Source of the DNA: Candidatus Parcubacteria bacterium
GTDB taxonomy: Bacteria; Patescibacteriota; Microgenomatia; UBA12405
Reading direction: 5' to 3'
DNA length: 64,000 nucleotides
NCBI GenBank assembly: GCA_023396915.1
Contig: JAEWUV010000001.1
Coordinates: 21,206-85,205, forward strand
Shown: piece after piece, positions 46,663 to 56,028 of the stretch
How positions within the stretch are numbered: the first letter of the stretch is position 1
How the letters are laid out: every line of letters starts with the position of its first letter
Translations under genes and position numbers: made by a program
Notes under the pieces: generated by a model
The model's database searches: none
What the model saw: only the letters and a program-made list of their open reading frames with translations
Told to the model about the DNA's origin: nothing

Positions 46663-47541
46663 CTAAGCAATCCTAAAAATTGCAGTATCCGAAGGCTGGA
46701 ACTCACTGTGTTTAATGTATTTCTTTAATGAAAAAAAATCTTCATTATTTGATGACAATATTTTTGGTGTAATTGTACCTTCTTTGATATGTACATCAAT
46801 ATTTTTATCTTTGCAAAATTTTATTACGTAATTTACCATAGAATTATAAAACTCTTTGACACCAACTTGATTAGAAATCATACTATTATAATTCCATCTA
46901 CCAAACACAATTTTATCCACAAATGAAATCGACTCCAAGATAGTCTTAATGTCTTGCTTTACTATATTTGATGTTGGATATGGTTCCATACTAACCCATG
47001 TTTTTAACCCAGATTTATGTAGCTCTTTTAGAGACTCTATTCTCTTTTTAATCGGAGCAGCTCCAGGTTCAAATTTCTTCCTATATTCTTCTGATAACGA
47101 AACTATTGTTGAACCATATTCGTTTAAAGAATTATATTTACTAGCGTTAATTAATTCTTTTGGATATATCCCTTTTGTTATTATTGTTGACCTTATACCA
47201 TAAGTATTTAATTTTTCTAGTATTTTCAACGTCAATTTAATAACTTCTAGTTGTTTATACATAAATGGATCAGATGAAAAACACAAAAACACACAGTGGA
47301 TTTTATTTTTTAGTCTTGGAAGTTCTTTATCCAATAATTCCATTGCATTTCCAACAATTTTTGGGGATATCCACTCATTATAACTTTTAACGACTCCACA
47401 TCTTTTTTTCATCATGTATGCATAACAGGGAAATTTACATCCATGAGAACAACCTTCGATATGATTCAATCCATAATCCGCATATTCGACATTACTTTTG
47501 TATAGAAGTGATTTACGATTTATTTTAGGTAAACTTTTCAC
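46663..47541 (-). CDS. Three-Cys-motif (CSHGCKFPC = Cx3Cx3C) radical-SAM-like protein.
   Basis: GCSHGCKFPCYAY near the N-terminus. Paired with the RlmJ/TcmP-like gene 21 nt upstream. Confidence 0.45.
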   Translation of the reverse strand: MKSLPKINRKSLLYKSNVEYADYGLNHIEGCSHGCKFPCYAYMMKKRCGVVKSYNEWISPKIVGNAMELLDKELPRLKNKIHCVFLCFSSDPFMYKQLEVIKLTLKILEKLNTYGIRSTIITKGIYPKELINASKYNSLNEYGSTIVSLSEEYRKKFEPGAAPIKKRIESLKELHKSGLKTWVSMEPYPTSNIVKQDIKTILESISFVDKIVFGRWNYNSMISNQVGVKEFYNSMVNYVIKFCKDKNIDVHIKEGTITPKILSSNNEDFFSLKKYIKHSEFQPSDTAIFRIA

Positions 47542-47562
47542 TTATTTAGTTTAGCAGTATTT

Positions 47563-48486
47563 TTACTTTGGAGTATAGTCTTCTTTATCAAACATATACA
47601 TTTGTCCTGTGTATGTGGATTTATCTTTATTTTTAAATATATGGTCTATTATTTTTTTTGCACTTGGACATCTTGATGCAAATAAAAGAAAATAGGAGGT
47701 TTCATTTTTATTCGGTCTTAACATTTGGTATACAGATAATTGATTTAATTTTGAATCAGCAAATATTTCTTTAATAATCATCAACATTAAATCTTTGTCT
47801 TTTTTACTAAAACTATCAGTTAATGATTCAATCTCATGAAGCGATTTTACAGAATTTAATAGTTTTTCTATTTTTTCTTTATTTCCATTGTTACTAATTA
47901 ATTTCTTTACATAAGCCAAAACTCTCGATGTTCCACAAATATAGTTTAATATCAAATCATTAGGGCTTTTCTCTCCACGGCTTACTATTTGTTTTATTGT
48001 TTCTTTCTTTATTTCTTTTGGTCCCCACGGATCAATAAAAAATAAAACTGGTCTATATTTTATTTTTTCAATAATATTTCCAATTTCTATATTAATATCA
48101 CCCAGTATAAGATCAATATTAACAAATTTTCTGTAAGGTTCACAAAAATTCTCCAATTCTTTAACTGATTTTTTATTTTTTTCAACAAAAATACAATTCA
48201 GCTTTACAGTTCCAGAGTGTTTCAAATAAAGAGATTTTGCATATTCTAAGGCAATTAATGGAGATCCATTTATCGAATCCATTATTCCATTATTGTGATA
48301 CATTCCTCTCCCAGCATAACAGTCTATATAATAAGCAGTTTTTGCCCATTGTTTTTGATGATTTAGATATTGAGCAAAAATAATAGTAGCCCATTTATTA
48401 AGATATTCTTTTAAAATTTCCAATTTTCTTTTAGTATGGGGTCTATTTGTTATATCCCAATAATTACTTTTATTCATAAAACACAA
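47563..48486 (-). CDS. RlmJ-like / TcmP-like protein (putative N6-adenine methyltransferase fold; 'three-Cys-motif partner protein').
   Basis: YIDCYAGRGMY, GSPLIALEYAK and LFFIDPWGPKE parallel RlmJ motifs (YLDTHAGAGRY, GSPLIA, LIDPPYE). Its start is 1 nt after the upstream RM-like gene stop. Confidence 0.5.
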   Translation of the reverse strand: MCFMNKSNYWDITNRPHTKRKLEILKEYLNKWATIIFAQYLNHQKQWAKTAYYIDCYAGRGMYHNNGIMDSINGSPLIALEYAKSLYLKHSGTVKLNCIFVEKNKKSVKELENFCEPYRKFVNIDLILGDINIEIGNIIEKIKYRPVLFFIDPWGPKEIKKETIKQIVSRGEKSPNDLILNYICGTSRVLAYVKKLISNNGNKEKIEKLLNSVKSLHEIESLTDSFSKKDKDLMLMIIKEIFADSKLNQLSVYQMLRPNKNETSYFLLFASRCPSAKKIIDHIFKNKDKSTYTGQMYMFDKEDYTPK

Positions 48487-48487
48487 T

Positions 48488-51400
48488 CTATTTTACATTT
48501 TCTTCTGTAATTTTAATTTCTTCCTCAATTTTTAAATATACTTTATCAATTCTAATTTGAATTTCTTTTGTTAATTTTAATACTGTCACCACCCTACAAT
48601 AATGTCGAATATCTTCATCTGATAAAGTTTTTTCCACCCTATCTTTAAGCCACTTATCTAATACTTGATATCCGCCAATATAATAATTCCAAATCTCAGG
48701 AGTAACATCATCAAAATATTGAGAATCATTTATATAAACACGATTGTTTTCTAGATCGTATTTTCTTTTGTTAACTTTTCCTTCTCCCTGACCAAAAAAT
48801 CTTGTAGAAGGGTTATCTAATTCTGATGAATTTAATAAATGTAGATTTATTAAATCTTCACCTAAAGAAGATAGTAATTGAAAAGTTTCTAAGTTTTCTG
48901 TAAAAGGAATCCTAGGAAAATCTATTTTTAAAAATTCTTTGTATTTCTCTCGATAGATATTTGAATAAAGAATCGCATAAATATAATAAAAAATTGCCTC
49001 ATTTGTTTGAATAAAATTACCTGATATTTTTGATGCGAATGATGGAACTTGTTGGATAAAATTTGGTAACTTTGACCAGTTGTAATTTGACGACCTAATT
49101 TTTGATTCCGACAACTCTTGTTGAGAACTGTAAATATAAAGTGGAAATGTATATGCCGAATCTTGAGCATTATCTAAATAATGAAAATCGGTTATGGTAT
49201 TTGTTATACCAAAATAATTTAAACTTAACTGACGGTTTCTTTTAGCAGATATTAATATCAAATTGTTCCGCATAAAAATATGTTTTGTAACTTCATTGCG
49301 TACTCTCCATATAGCAGATGGATGATTGAATATCCAACGATTATCAAATGGTCTATAACTGTAGTTTGAATAATATTTATTAATATTCTCAAGATTTTTT
49401 AATTTCAATTTTGTTTCAGGAATTCGTTCAGAATAAATCTTACTTAATTTAAAAGTATTTTTAATAAATTCATCATCACCAACACTGTTTATAAAACTAT
49501 TAATTTTTGTTTCGAGTTTATGTTTATCAAAATCAATCACAAAGTTATCATTCGCGGTTAGAATACCAGTACTATAAATATTAAAAATATCCGTTAAAGG
49601 TATAAACTTTTGGTATTTTTCATTACCTTCTTCATTTCTTGGAACTAAGAAATAATAAGGTTTAGATGGAATTAATTTTTGCCATTTTGTTGTTGTAATA
49701 TCATTTGATTCAAGCCATTTATATTTATCTTCACGTAAACCCCATTGATCACAATAGAATATTTGTTTAGTTTTAACAGGTGTCTTACATAATAAAACAA
49801 TAGATACTCCAGTTTGAATATCAAAAACATTTTCGTCTTTTTTACCTTCAGGTGTCTTTTCCTTTTTAAGGATACTACCGTGTAAATTAACAACATATAT
49901 TTCATTAAAAGTATTTAACATGGAATATCTCATACCACGGAAAGTTGGATTATCAAGCCAAGCATGATTAGTAATAAATCCTAAAATTCCCTGTTTATTT
50001 TGTTCAATCTTCCATTGAGAAAATCTGAAAAATTTTACATAATCATCTTGCAACCAATCTTTTTTTTCATTTAATTTTTCTCCCTCAATCTGGCGATATT
50101 CATTAATTTCCCCCAGTATCCAATCTCCTTTATTTGTAGAAACAGCTGAATAGGGTGGATTACCCATAATAACCATTACCTTTTTATTTTTTTTAACATC
50201 ATTAGCTTGACGAGATTCTTCTGATAAATCAGAAAATAATGGAAGATCCATGTGTGGAAGATTATTCAAATCAAGCGTATTAGTTAAAAAAAGATTAAAT
50301 CGTTCATACTGCCCTAATTTATATTTGTGTTCATCAAAAATCAAAGATGCTTTAATGTGTCCTAAAACATAAGGTGACATCATTAATTCAAAAGCAAAAA
50401 AATGAGGGATAATATGATTTTTTATCAAATTATTAATTCCTCCATCACCATATCTGTTTTTATATTCATCTATGGCTACTTTAATTGCTTCAATCGGAAA
50501 GGTTAATGTACCAGCAGCAGGATCAAGTAAAGTTACTGAATTACTAGCTAATCCATCCGGTCTTTTAAATTTTTTTTGAAGAATTTTATGAACTGAATTT
50601 ACTATATATTTAACTACTGGCTCCGGTGTGTAATATACTCCTCTTTTTGCCCTCTCTTTTGGATCATACTCAGCAAGAAAAGTTTCATAAAAATGGATAA
50701 TAGGATCATTACCCTTACCATTTAAATAATAATTATCAACAATCTTTGTAACATCCGTGTTTTTAAGTAATTCGGCAATATCGTCAATAATCCATTCCAT
50801 ATTTTTAGGTAAATCGTTAGATGAAATGAAACGAAATATGCTTCTTAAAACTCCAATTGTAGATGGAATAGTTTTAAAAGCATTTAAACGATTAAAATCT
50901 GATGATGATCGAAGACGAGCTGCGAATAAACCAAAAGTAATGGTTTGAGAAAACAAATTTGCAAAATCATCAAGATTTAAAGAGGATATTAAATATTCTT
51001 TGAACAGTTTATAAATTCCCTCAAGTGTTTGAGTTCCAGTTTGTGTTTCCTCTTTTAACTCCTCAATAATGCAGTTTTCTTTAAGAAAACTAGTTCTTTT
51101 AGCAAGTTCTATTGCTAAAGTTTTAGCTGTATTGATTTTTGGAGTAGAAAAAGAGAAAAATTCAGCTAATAACTTTTGGAGATATAACTCATTTTCTACC
51201 GGCGGAACAATCCCAAGCTGATTAAGGATAACAGGACGACCTATCATTACTTTATCTATTTGTTCTCCGTTGCGGTAAAGTCTAAATTCGAGAAAATTTG
51301 TCAAAATCAAATTAGGGAAAGTTTTAAGGTATCTTTGTAGTTGTTCTGTTTGTTCTATAGCGTCGAGGTTTTCAATATTTGGTTCTTTTGCTTCTATATA

Positions 51401-51607
51401 ACCAATAAGTTGATATTTCTGAGTTTGAATTCTGAAATCAGGATTTCCTGCTTCAGTTTTTTTAGGCAAAATAGTTACACTAATTTCTTTTTTATTTTGG
51501 ATTGCATAAGCCTCAATTAATTTTTTCAGATCTGGGTAATAACTTTCTTCACGAACATCTCCAGCGTTAGTAGTCGCAGACAAATCAGATAAATATTCTT
51601 TAAACAT
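48488..51607 (-). CDS. MmeI-like type IIL/IIG restriction-modification enzyme: N-terminal PD-ExK nuclease, gamma-class N6-adenine methyltransferase, C-terminal target-recognition region.
   Basis: NPDFRIQ...GYIEAKEP (PD...ExK), MTase motif I LLDPAAGTLTF, motif IV MGNPPYS. 1039 aa. Very AT-rich codon usage. Confidence 0.75.
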   Translation of the reverse strand: MFKEYLSDLSATTNAGDVREESYYPDLKKLIEAYAIQNKKEISVTILPKKTEAGNPDFRIQTQKYQLIGYIEAKEPNIENLDAIEQTEQLQRYLKTFPNLILTNFLEFRLYRNGEQIDKVMIGRPVILNQLGIVPPVENELYLQKLLAEFFSFSTPKINTAKTLAIELAKRTSFLKENCIIEELKEETQTGTQTLEGIYKLFKEYLISSLNLDDFANLFSQTITFGLFAARLRSSSDFNRLNAFKTIPSTIGVLRSIFRFISSNDLPKNMEWIIDDIAELLKNTDVTKIVDNYYLNGKGNDPIIHFYETFLAEYDPKERAKRGVYYTPEPVVKYIVNSVHKILQKKFKRPDGLASNSVTLLDPAAGTLTFPIEAIKVAIDEYKNRYGDGGINNLIKNHIIPHFFAFELMMSPYVLGHIKASLIFDEHKYKLGQYERFNLFLTNTLDLNNLPHMDLPLFSDLSEESRQANDVKKNKKVMVIMGNPPYSAVSTNKGDWILGEINEYRQIEGEKLNEKKDWLQDDYVKFFRFSQWKIEQNKQGILGFITNHAWLDNPTFRGMRYSMLNTFNEIYVVNLHGSILKKEKTPEGKKDENVFDIQTGVSIVLLCKTPVKTKQIFYCDQWGLREDKYKWLESNDITTTKWQKLIPSKPYYFLVPRNEEGNEKYQKFIPLTDIFNIYSTGILTANDNFVIDFDKHKLETKINSFINSVGDDEFIKNTFKLSKIYSERIPETKLKLKNLENINKYYSNYSYRPFDNRWIFNHPSAIWRVRNEVTKHIFMRNNLILISAKRNRQLSLNYFGITNTITDFHYLDNAQDSAYTFPLYIYSSQQELSESKIRSSNYNWSKLPNFIQQVPSFASKISGNFIQTNEAIFYYIYAILYSNIYREKYKEFLKIDFPRIPFTENLETFQLLSSLGEDLINLHLLNSSELDNPSTRFFGQGEGKVNKRKYDLENNRVYINDSQYFDDVTPEIWNYYIGGYQVLDKWLKDRVEKTLSDEDIRHYCRVVTVLKLTKEIQIRIDKVYLKIEEEIKITEENVK

Positions 51608-51656
51608 ATCCCTATTTTACCTCAAACCTCATCTTTTCTCGCGCTATACTTTACCT

Positions 51657-52178
51657 ATGGAATATTTAATTATCATTGTTTTAATGGTTGTACTTTTTAA
51701 GATTTTTTATAAACGCATTTTTATACAAGATGAATCAGAAAGTCATAATAAAAAATTTTCAAATTCATCCAAAATCACTCCAGGCAATTTTCGACTTCGT
51801 CCATCACTTTTAAATAGTAATGAACGAGTCTTTTTTGAACAACTCAAATTAGCAGTAGGGAATCAATACGATATCTATCCTCAAACTTCTTTAAGTGCTA
51901 TTTTTGAACCAATTGAACATTGGAATAACTGGGGTGATCTAAGTCGTTTGAACAAAAGAATTGATTTTGTTTTGTTTGACAAAAATACTCAAACTCCAAA
52001 GATTGCTATCGAGCTAGACGGTGACTCCCATTCTAAGTTTAAAAGTATTAAACGTGATGAATTTGTTGGCGATCTTTTTGAAAAATTTAATATTCCTTTA
52101 GTCCGCTTTAATAATGGCAATTATTCTGCCGAAGAGATTAAAAACAAACTTTCTATTTTTCAATTACTTTCTTTTTAA
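51657..52178 (+). CDS. DUF559/Vsr-like PD-(D/E)xK endonuclease-domain protein with an N-terminal TM helix.
   Basis: RIDFVLFDKNTQTPKIAIELDGDSHS...KRDEF...NIPLVRF is the DUF559/DUF2726 signature. Convergent with, and overlapping, the RhuM gene's 3' end. Confidence 0.55.
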   Translation: MEYLIIIVLMVVLFKIFYKRIFIQDESESHNKKFSNSSKITPGNFRLRPSLLNSNERVFFEQLKLAVGNQYDIYPQTSLSAIFEPIEHWNNWGDLSRLNKRIDFVLFDKNTQTPKIAIELDGDSHSKFKSIKRDEFVGDLFEKFNIPLVRFNNGNYSAEEIKNKLSIFQLLSF

Positions 52179-53163
52179 CTTTTTTCTCTACTGCTTTGAT
52201 ACTTTCCAAATAATCTTCTTCCACCGGTGACAGAGTTTTTATTTGATATTTTTTATATTCTGCCAAGGCTTTTACTTCAGCTTCAATTTTGCTGATTTTA
52301 CCGGCATTTTGTAATACAGTTCTGTCCATTGAAACCACCAACTTATCCAATTGATTTATATAATCTTCCATAGTTGTCTGTATTCCGTCAATTGCCCTCA
52401 ATTCGGCGATGTCAAAATAAGCCGATACTATATTATTTAATTTTTTAAGTTCCTGTTCGGTCAAATAATTTTTAGCCACAGTTATATCGGATTTTCTGAC
52501 TCCGTCTTTTGAAAAAGTCATCAATCCCATAAATGGTTTATCTGCATCAGCCCGTTCAGAAATTAATTCAGATGCTGTTTTTCCGTTGGCAGCATAATGA
52601 AGTTTATTTTGTACTATGGCAAAAAACTTTTTCGATTCCTGACTTTGTGGATTGTAATCAATACTGGTGGCATACAAATCTAATACTTGTCTGTACAAAA
52701 CCTTTTCACTACTACGAATATCCCGAATTCTATCCAAAAGCTCTTTCCAATAATTTCCACCACCATTATTTTTTAGTCGCTCATCATCCAAAGTAAAACC
52801 TTTAACAATATACTCGCGAAGTCGTGCCGTTGCCCATTGGCGAAAACGAGTCCCTTCTATTGAACTAACCCTATACCCAACAGAAATGATAACGTCCAAA
52901 TTGTAATGTTTTACGACATATTCTTTACCATCAGATCCAGTCCGTCGGAATTCCCGACATACTGAATTTTCTTCCAATTCTCCTTCATTAAAAATATTTA
53001 AAATGTGTTCAGTAATAGTAGATCGACCTTTATTAAACAGTTCAGCAAGCTGATCCTGATTAAGCCATACTGTTTCACTCTCTATTCGTACCTCAATTTT
53101 CGGCTGACCGCCGTCTCCTTGATAAATAATTATTTGGTTATCCGGTTGTTTATTTTTATCCAT
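52153..53163 (-). CDS. RhuM-family (DinD-like) protein.
   Basis: KIEVRIESETVWLNQDQLAELFNKGRSTITEHILNIFNEGEL...YNLDVIISVGYRV...FRQWATARLREYIVKGF matches RhuM-family hallmarks. Confidence 0.8.
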   Translation of the reverse strand: MDKNKQPDNQIIIYQGDGGQPKIEVRIESETVWLNQDQLAELFNKGRSTITEHILNIFNEGELEENSVCREFRRTGSDGKEYVVKHYNLDVIISVGYRVSSIEGTRFRQWATARLREYIVKGFTLDDERLKNNGGGNYWKELLDRIRDIRSSEKVLYRQVLDLYATSIDYNPQSQESKKFFAIVQNKLHYAANGKTASELISERADADKPFMGLMTFSKDGVRKSDITVAKNYLTEQELKKLNNIVSAYFDIAELRAIDGIQTTMEDYINQLDKLVVSMDRTVLQNAGKISKIEAEVKALAEYKKYQIKTLSPVEEDYLESIKAVEKKVKKKVIEK

Positions 53164-53241
53164 GTTTTATTTATAACCCAAATAAAACCCGAAATCAATC
53201 ACTATTGCTAATTTTTTTTATTTACTTCTATAATTAACCAA

Positions 53242-53628
53242 ATGCTTAAACAATTTTTTGTGGCTTTGGGGAGTTTTTTAGTTGTTGATGGTCTGTGGCT
53301 TACCCTAATTGCCAAAAATTTTTATAACAAACACCTTGGTTTTTTGATGGCTAAAACCCCAAATTTAATTGCCGCCGGCATTTTTTACCTCATCTACGTT
53401 TTTGCCATGGTATTTTTTGTTGTTTCCCCGGGAATTGAAAAAGGTTCTTTTTGGTCCACTGTTTTAAGTGGTGCTTTGTTTGGTTTAGTTTGCTATGCCA
53501 CTTATGATTTAACTAACCTGGCCACTGTCCAGGGTTGGCCGTTAGTCGTCACTATTGTTGATTTAATCTGGGGAACTTTTTTGTCGGCCACTATTGCCGC
53601 TATTAGTTTTTTGATTTTTCAAAAATAA
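53242..53628 (+). CDS. DUF2177-like small membrane protein.
   Basis: 4 TM. GSFLVVDGLWLTLIAKNFY...ATYDLTN pattern. Confidence 0.45.
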   Translation: MLKQFFVALGSFLVVDGLWLTLIAKNFYNKHLGFLMAKTPNLIAAGIFYLIYVFAMVFFVVSPGIEKGSFWSTVLSGALFGLVCYATYDLTNLATVQGWPLVVTIVDLIWGTFLSATIAAISFLIFQK

Positions 53629-53630
53629 AT

Positions 53631-54497
53631 TTATCTCGACAACCCTAGTGCTCCTAAAATCATCACTGCTGCTGCCGCAAATCGAACTATATATACTTTG
53701 ACTGTATGTTTTTCCAATAAATCCGGTTTCCAAAAAACAAAAAATAACGACAATACCATCGATAATGGCAAGCTAAAAATTATTGACGACACCCCAACAT
53801 TCCCTTCATATGCCTTGTATACTGCCAAATCACTTAATCCTCCAAAAATTGCCAACAACACCACCCCACTATAATCCTTTATTTTTGTCTTTTTTAAATC
53901 TTTATAAAATCGCGGGTAGTTTATCCCAAAAGAAAAAATAATGGATATAATCACCATCCACATCATCCCGGTCCAATAACTGTTTTGACTTAAGGCTCTG
54001 TTAATCAAAAGTACTTGGATTGAAGCAAAAAACATTAAAAATATCCCTAACATTATATTTTTATTCAAAAATGACTTTAAACTAAAACGTTCATCCATAG
54101 TGGCAAAAATTCCGGCTACCACCACCACTCCTATCAAAACCATCATTCTGGTTGTTAATATTTCACCCAAGAAAAAATATCCCAATAAAACTGTCGCCAC
54201 CGATTTTAAATTAAATAAAGGGGACAAGACTGTCACGTCTAATTTTTTAACTACTATCAGATAAATTAAGTTACTAATGGCCAAAAATAACCCGGCCAAA
54301 ATAATGAAAGTCCAATTTTTTGGCCACCCGGCTCCATTTAATAACGCCATTCCGATAGTGATAAATCCTCCAAATAAAGTGGCAAAAAAAGAAAATTGAG
54401 ACGGATTAGTAATCTTATATTTTCCCGTTAGTTTGGCAATAATCGCATAAAATCCCAGCAAAAGTGTTCCTACCCAAGCATAAACATAATAAGGCAT
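53631..54497 (-). CDS. EamA/DMT-family transporter.
   Basis: 10 TM helices in two EamA-like halves. Confidence 0.55.
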   Translation of the reverse strand: MPYYVYAWVGTLLLGFYAIIAKLTGKYKITNPSQFSFFATLFGGFITIGMALLNGAGWPKNWTFIILAGLFLAISNLIYLIVVKKLDVTVLSPLFNLKSVATVLLGYFFLGEILTTRMMVLIGVVVVAGIFATMDERFSLKSFLNKNIMLGIFLMFFASIQVLLINRALSQNSYWTGMMWMVIISIIFSFGINYPRFYKDLKKTKIKDYSGVVLLAIFGGLSDLAVYKAYEGNVGVSSIIFSLPLSMVLSLFFVFWKPDLLEKHTVKVYIVRFAAAAVMILGALGLSR

Positions 54498-54535
54498 GAA
54501 GTGATTTTAGTACAAATCAATAACCACCACAATGA

Positions 54536-55060
54536 TTGGAATTTTACACATTTTTGCTACTATTAAATATGTCTCTTAAAATTAATCCAGATTATTTTCG
54601 CAGTATTGTTTTTGGTTGCCAAGATGCTTTGGTTTCTACCACCGGTGTTGTCGTTGGTATCAGTGTTGGTGTTCAAAATCGTCAATTTATTATTCTTTCG
54701 GGTTTAGTCACCATTGCCGTCGAAGCTTTGTCCATGGGTGTCGGCCAATATTTATCCGAAAAATCAGTTCATCAATTACCTGGAAGTAACCACAAAGACA
54801 ATTTAATTACCGGGGGAGTATTGATGTTTTTATTTTATCTTATCGGTGGTTTTGTCCCTCTTTTACCAATATTTTTTACTCTACCTCCATTTAGCTCACT
54901 TTTATCTGTTGCTTTTGCTTTTGTCGGTTTATTTACCTTAGGTTTTTTCAAAGCCAAATTATTTGCCAGTCATATTTGGCGCAGTGCTTTTGAAATGTTA
55001 GTCCTTGGTGGTTTAGCTACCTTAATTGGTCTGGCTGTCGGTCTTATTTTCAAAATTTAG
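54536..55060 (+). CDS. VIT1/CCC1-family (DUF125) metal transporter. Alternative start at 54569.
   Basis: GCQDALVSTTGVVVGIS...LSMGVGQYLSEKS signature. Confidence 0.65.
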   Translation: MEFYTFLLLLNMSLKINPDYFRSIVFGCQDALVSTTGVVVGISVGVQNRQFIILSGLVTIAVEALSMGVGQYLSEKSVHQLPGSNHKDNLITGGVLMFLFYLIGGFVPLLPIFFTLPPFSSLLSVAFAFVGLFTLGFFKAKLFASHIWRSAFEMLVLGGLATLIGLAVGLIFKI

Positions 55061-55467
55061 TTTTTCTTTTCCAATATTTCCAAAATCTTATTTAGTTTTT
55101 CGTTTTCAATTCTAGCCAAAGATTTTTGCAAATCTTCAATTTCCCGCTTGGCTGCTTTATTTGTATCAAAATCACTTTTTGCCTGTACTCTATCGCGCTG
55201 ATTTTGTCGGTTTTGAGCCATCATGATAATTGGTGCCGCATAAGCCGCTTGAGTCGAGAATAATAAATTAAGCAAAATAAACGGATATGGATCCCAATGA
55301 TTAATATAAGCGGTCAAGTTAAAGGCTATCCAAACCAAAATCATCACTGTTTGGGCGATTATAAAAGCCCAACTTCCCATAACCCTAGTTATTTCATCAG
55401 CAATTTTTTGTCCGGGGGTTAATTTTTGACGATGTTGTTGATGCCAATCTAAAGTATTTTCATCCAT
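55057..55467 (-). CDS. DUF1003 family membrane protein.
   Basis: GSWAFI...WDPYPFILLNLLFSTQAAYAAPIIMMAQNRQNQRDR is the DUF1003 signature. Confidence 0.75.
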   Translation of the reverse strand: MDENTLDWHQQHRQKLTPGQKIADEITRVMGSWAFIIAQTVMILVWIAFNLTAYINHWDPYPFILLNLLFSTQAAYAAPIIMMAQNRQNQRDRVQAKSDFDTNKAAKREIEDLQKSLARIENEKLNKILEILEKKN

Positions 55468-55528
55468 AACTTAACTATACACTATATTTTTTTAGCGTTT
55501 ATAGCTTTAATGTTAAAATAGGCTATCT

Positions 55529-56026
55529 ATGAAACAAAAAAGAATTGCCGTTTATGCCGGTACTTTTGACCCTCCTACCAATGGTCATCTTTGGATGATT
55601 CAAAAAGGAGCCTCTCTTTTTGACCAGCTTATTGTCGCCATCGGTAGCAATCCTGACAAAAAAGCTGTTTTTACAGTTGAGCAACGCCTGGAGATGCTCA
55701 AAGCCTTAGGAAAAAATATTAAAAATATTACTTTGACCCATTTTGATAATCAATATTTGGTTGATTTTGCCAAAACCACCAAAGCTAATTTTATTCTTCG
55801 CGGTGTTCGCAGTCAGTCAGATTTCCTTTACGAGCAAGAAATGTGCAATATTAATCAGGATATAAACAAAAATATTACCACCGTATTTTTAATGCCCCCC
55901 AGAAAACTTTGTGAAGTCAGTTCCAGTATGGTCAAAGGCCTGGTTGGTCCCGCTAGTTGGCCGGAAAATGTCAGCAAATATGTCCCTTCTGCAGTTCTTG
56001 ATCAAATGGTCAAAAAATTCAAATAA
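55529..56026 (+). CDS. coaD: Phosphopantetheine adenylyltransferase.
   Basis: IAVYAGTFDPPTNGHLWMI (T/HxGH). Confidence 0.9.
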   Translation: MKQKRIAVYAGTFDPPTNGHLWMIQKGASLFDQLIVAIGSNPDKKAVFTVEQRLEMLKALGKNIKNITLTHFDNQYLVDFAKTTKANFILRGVRSQSDFLYEQEMCNINQDINKNITTVFLMPPRKLCEVSSSMVKGLVGPASWPENVSKYVPSAVLDQMVKKFK

Positions 56027-56028
56027 TT

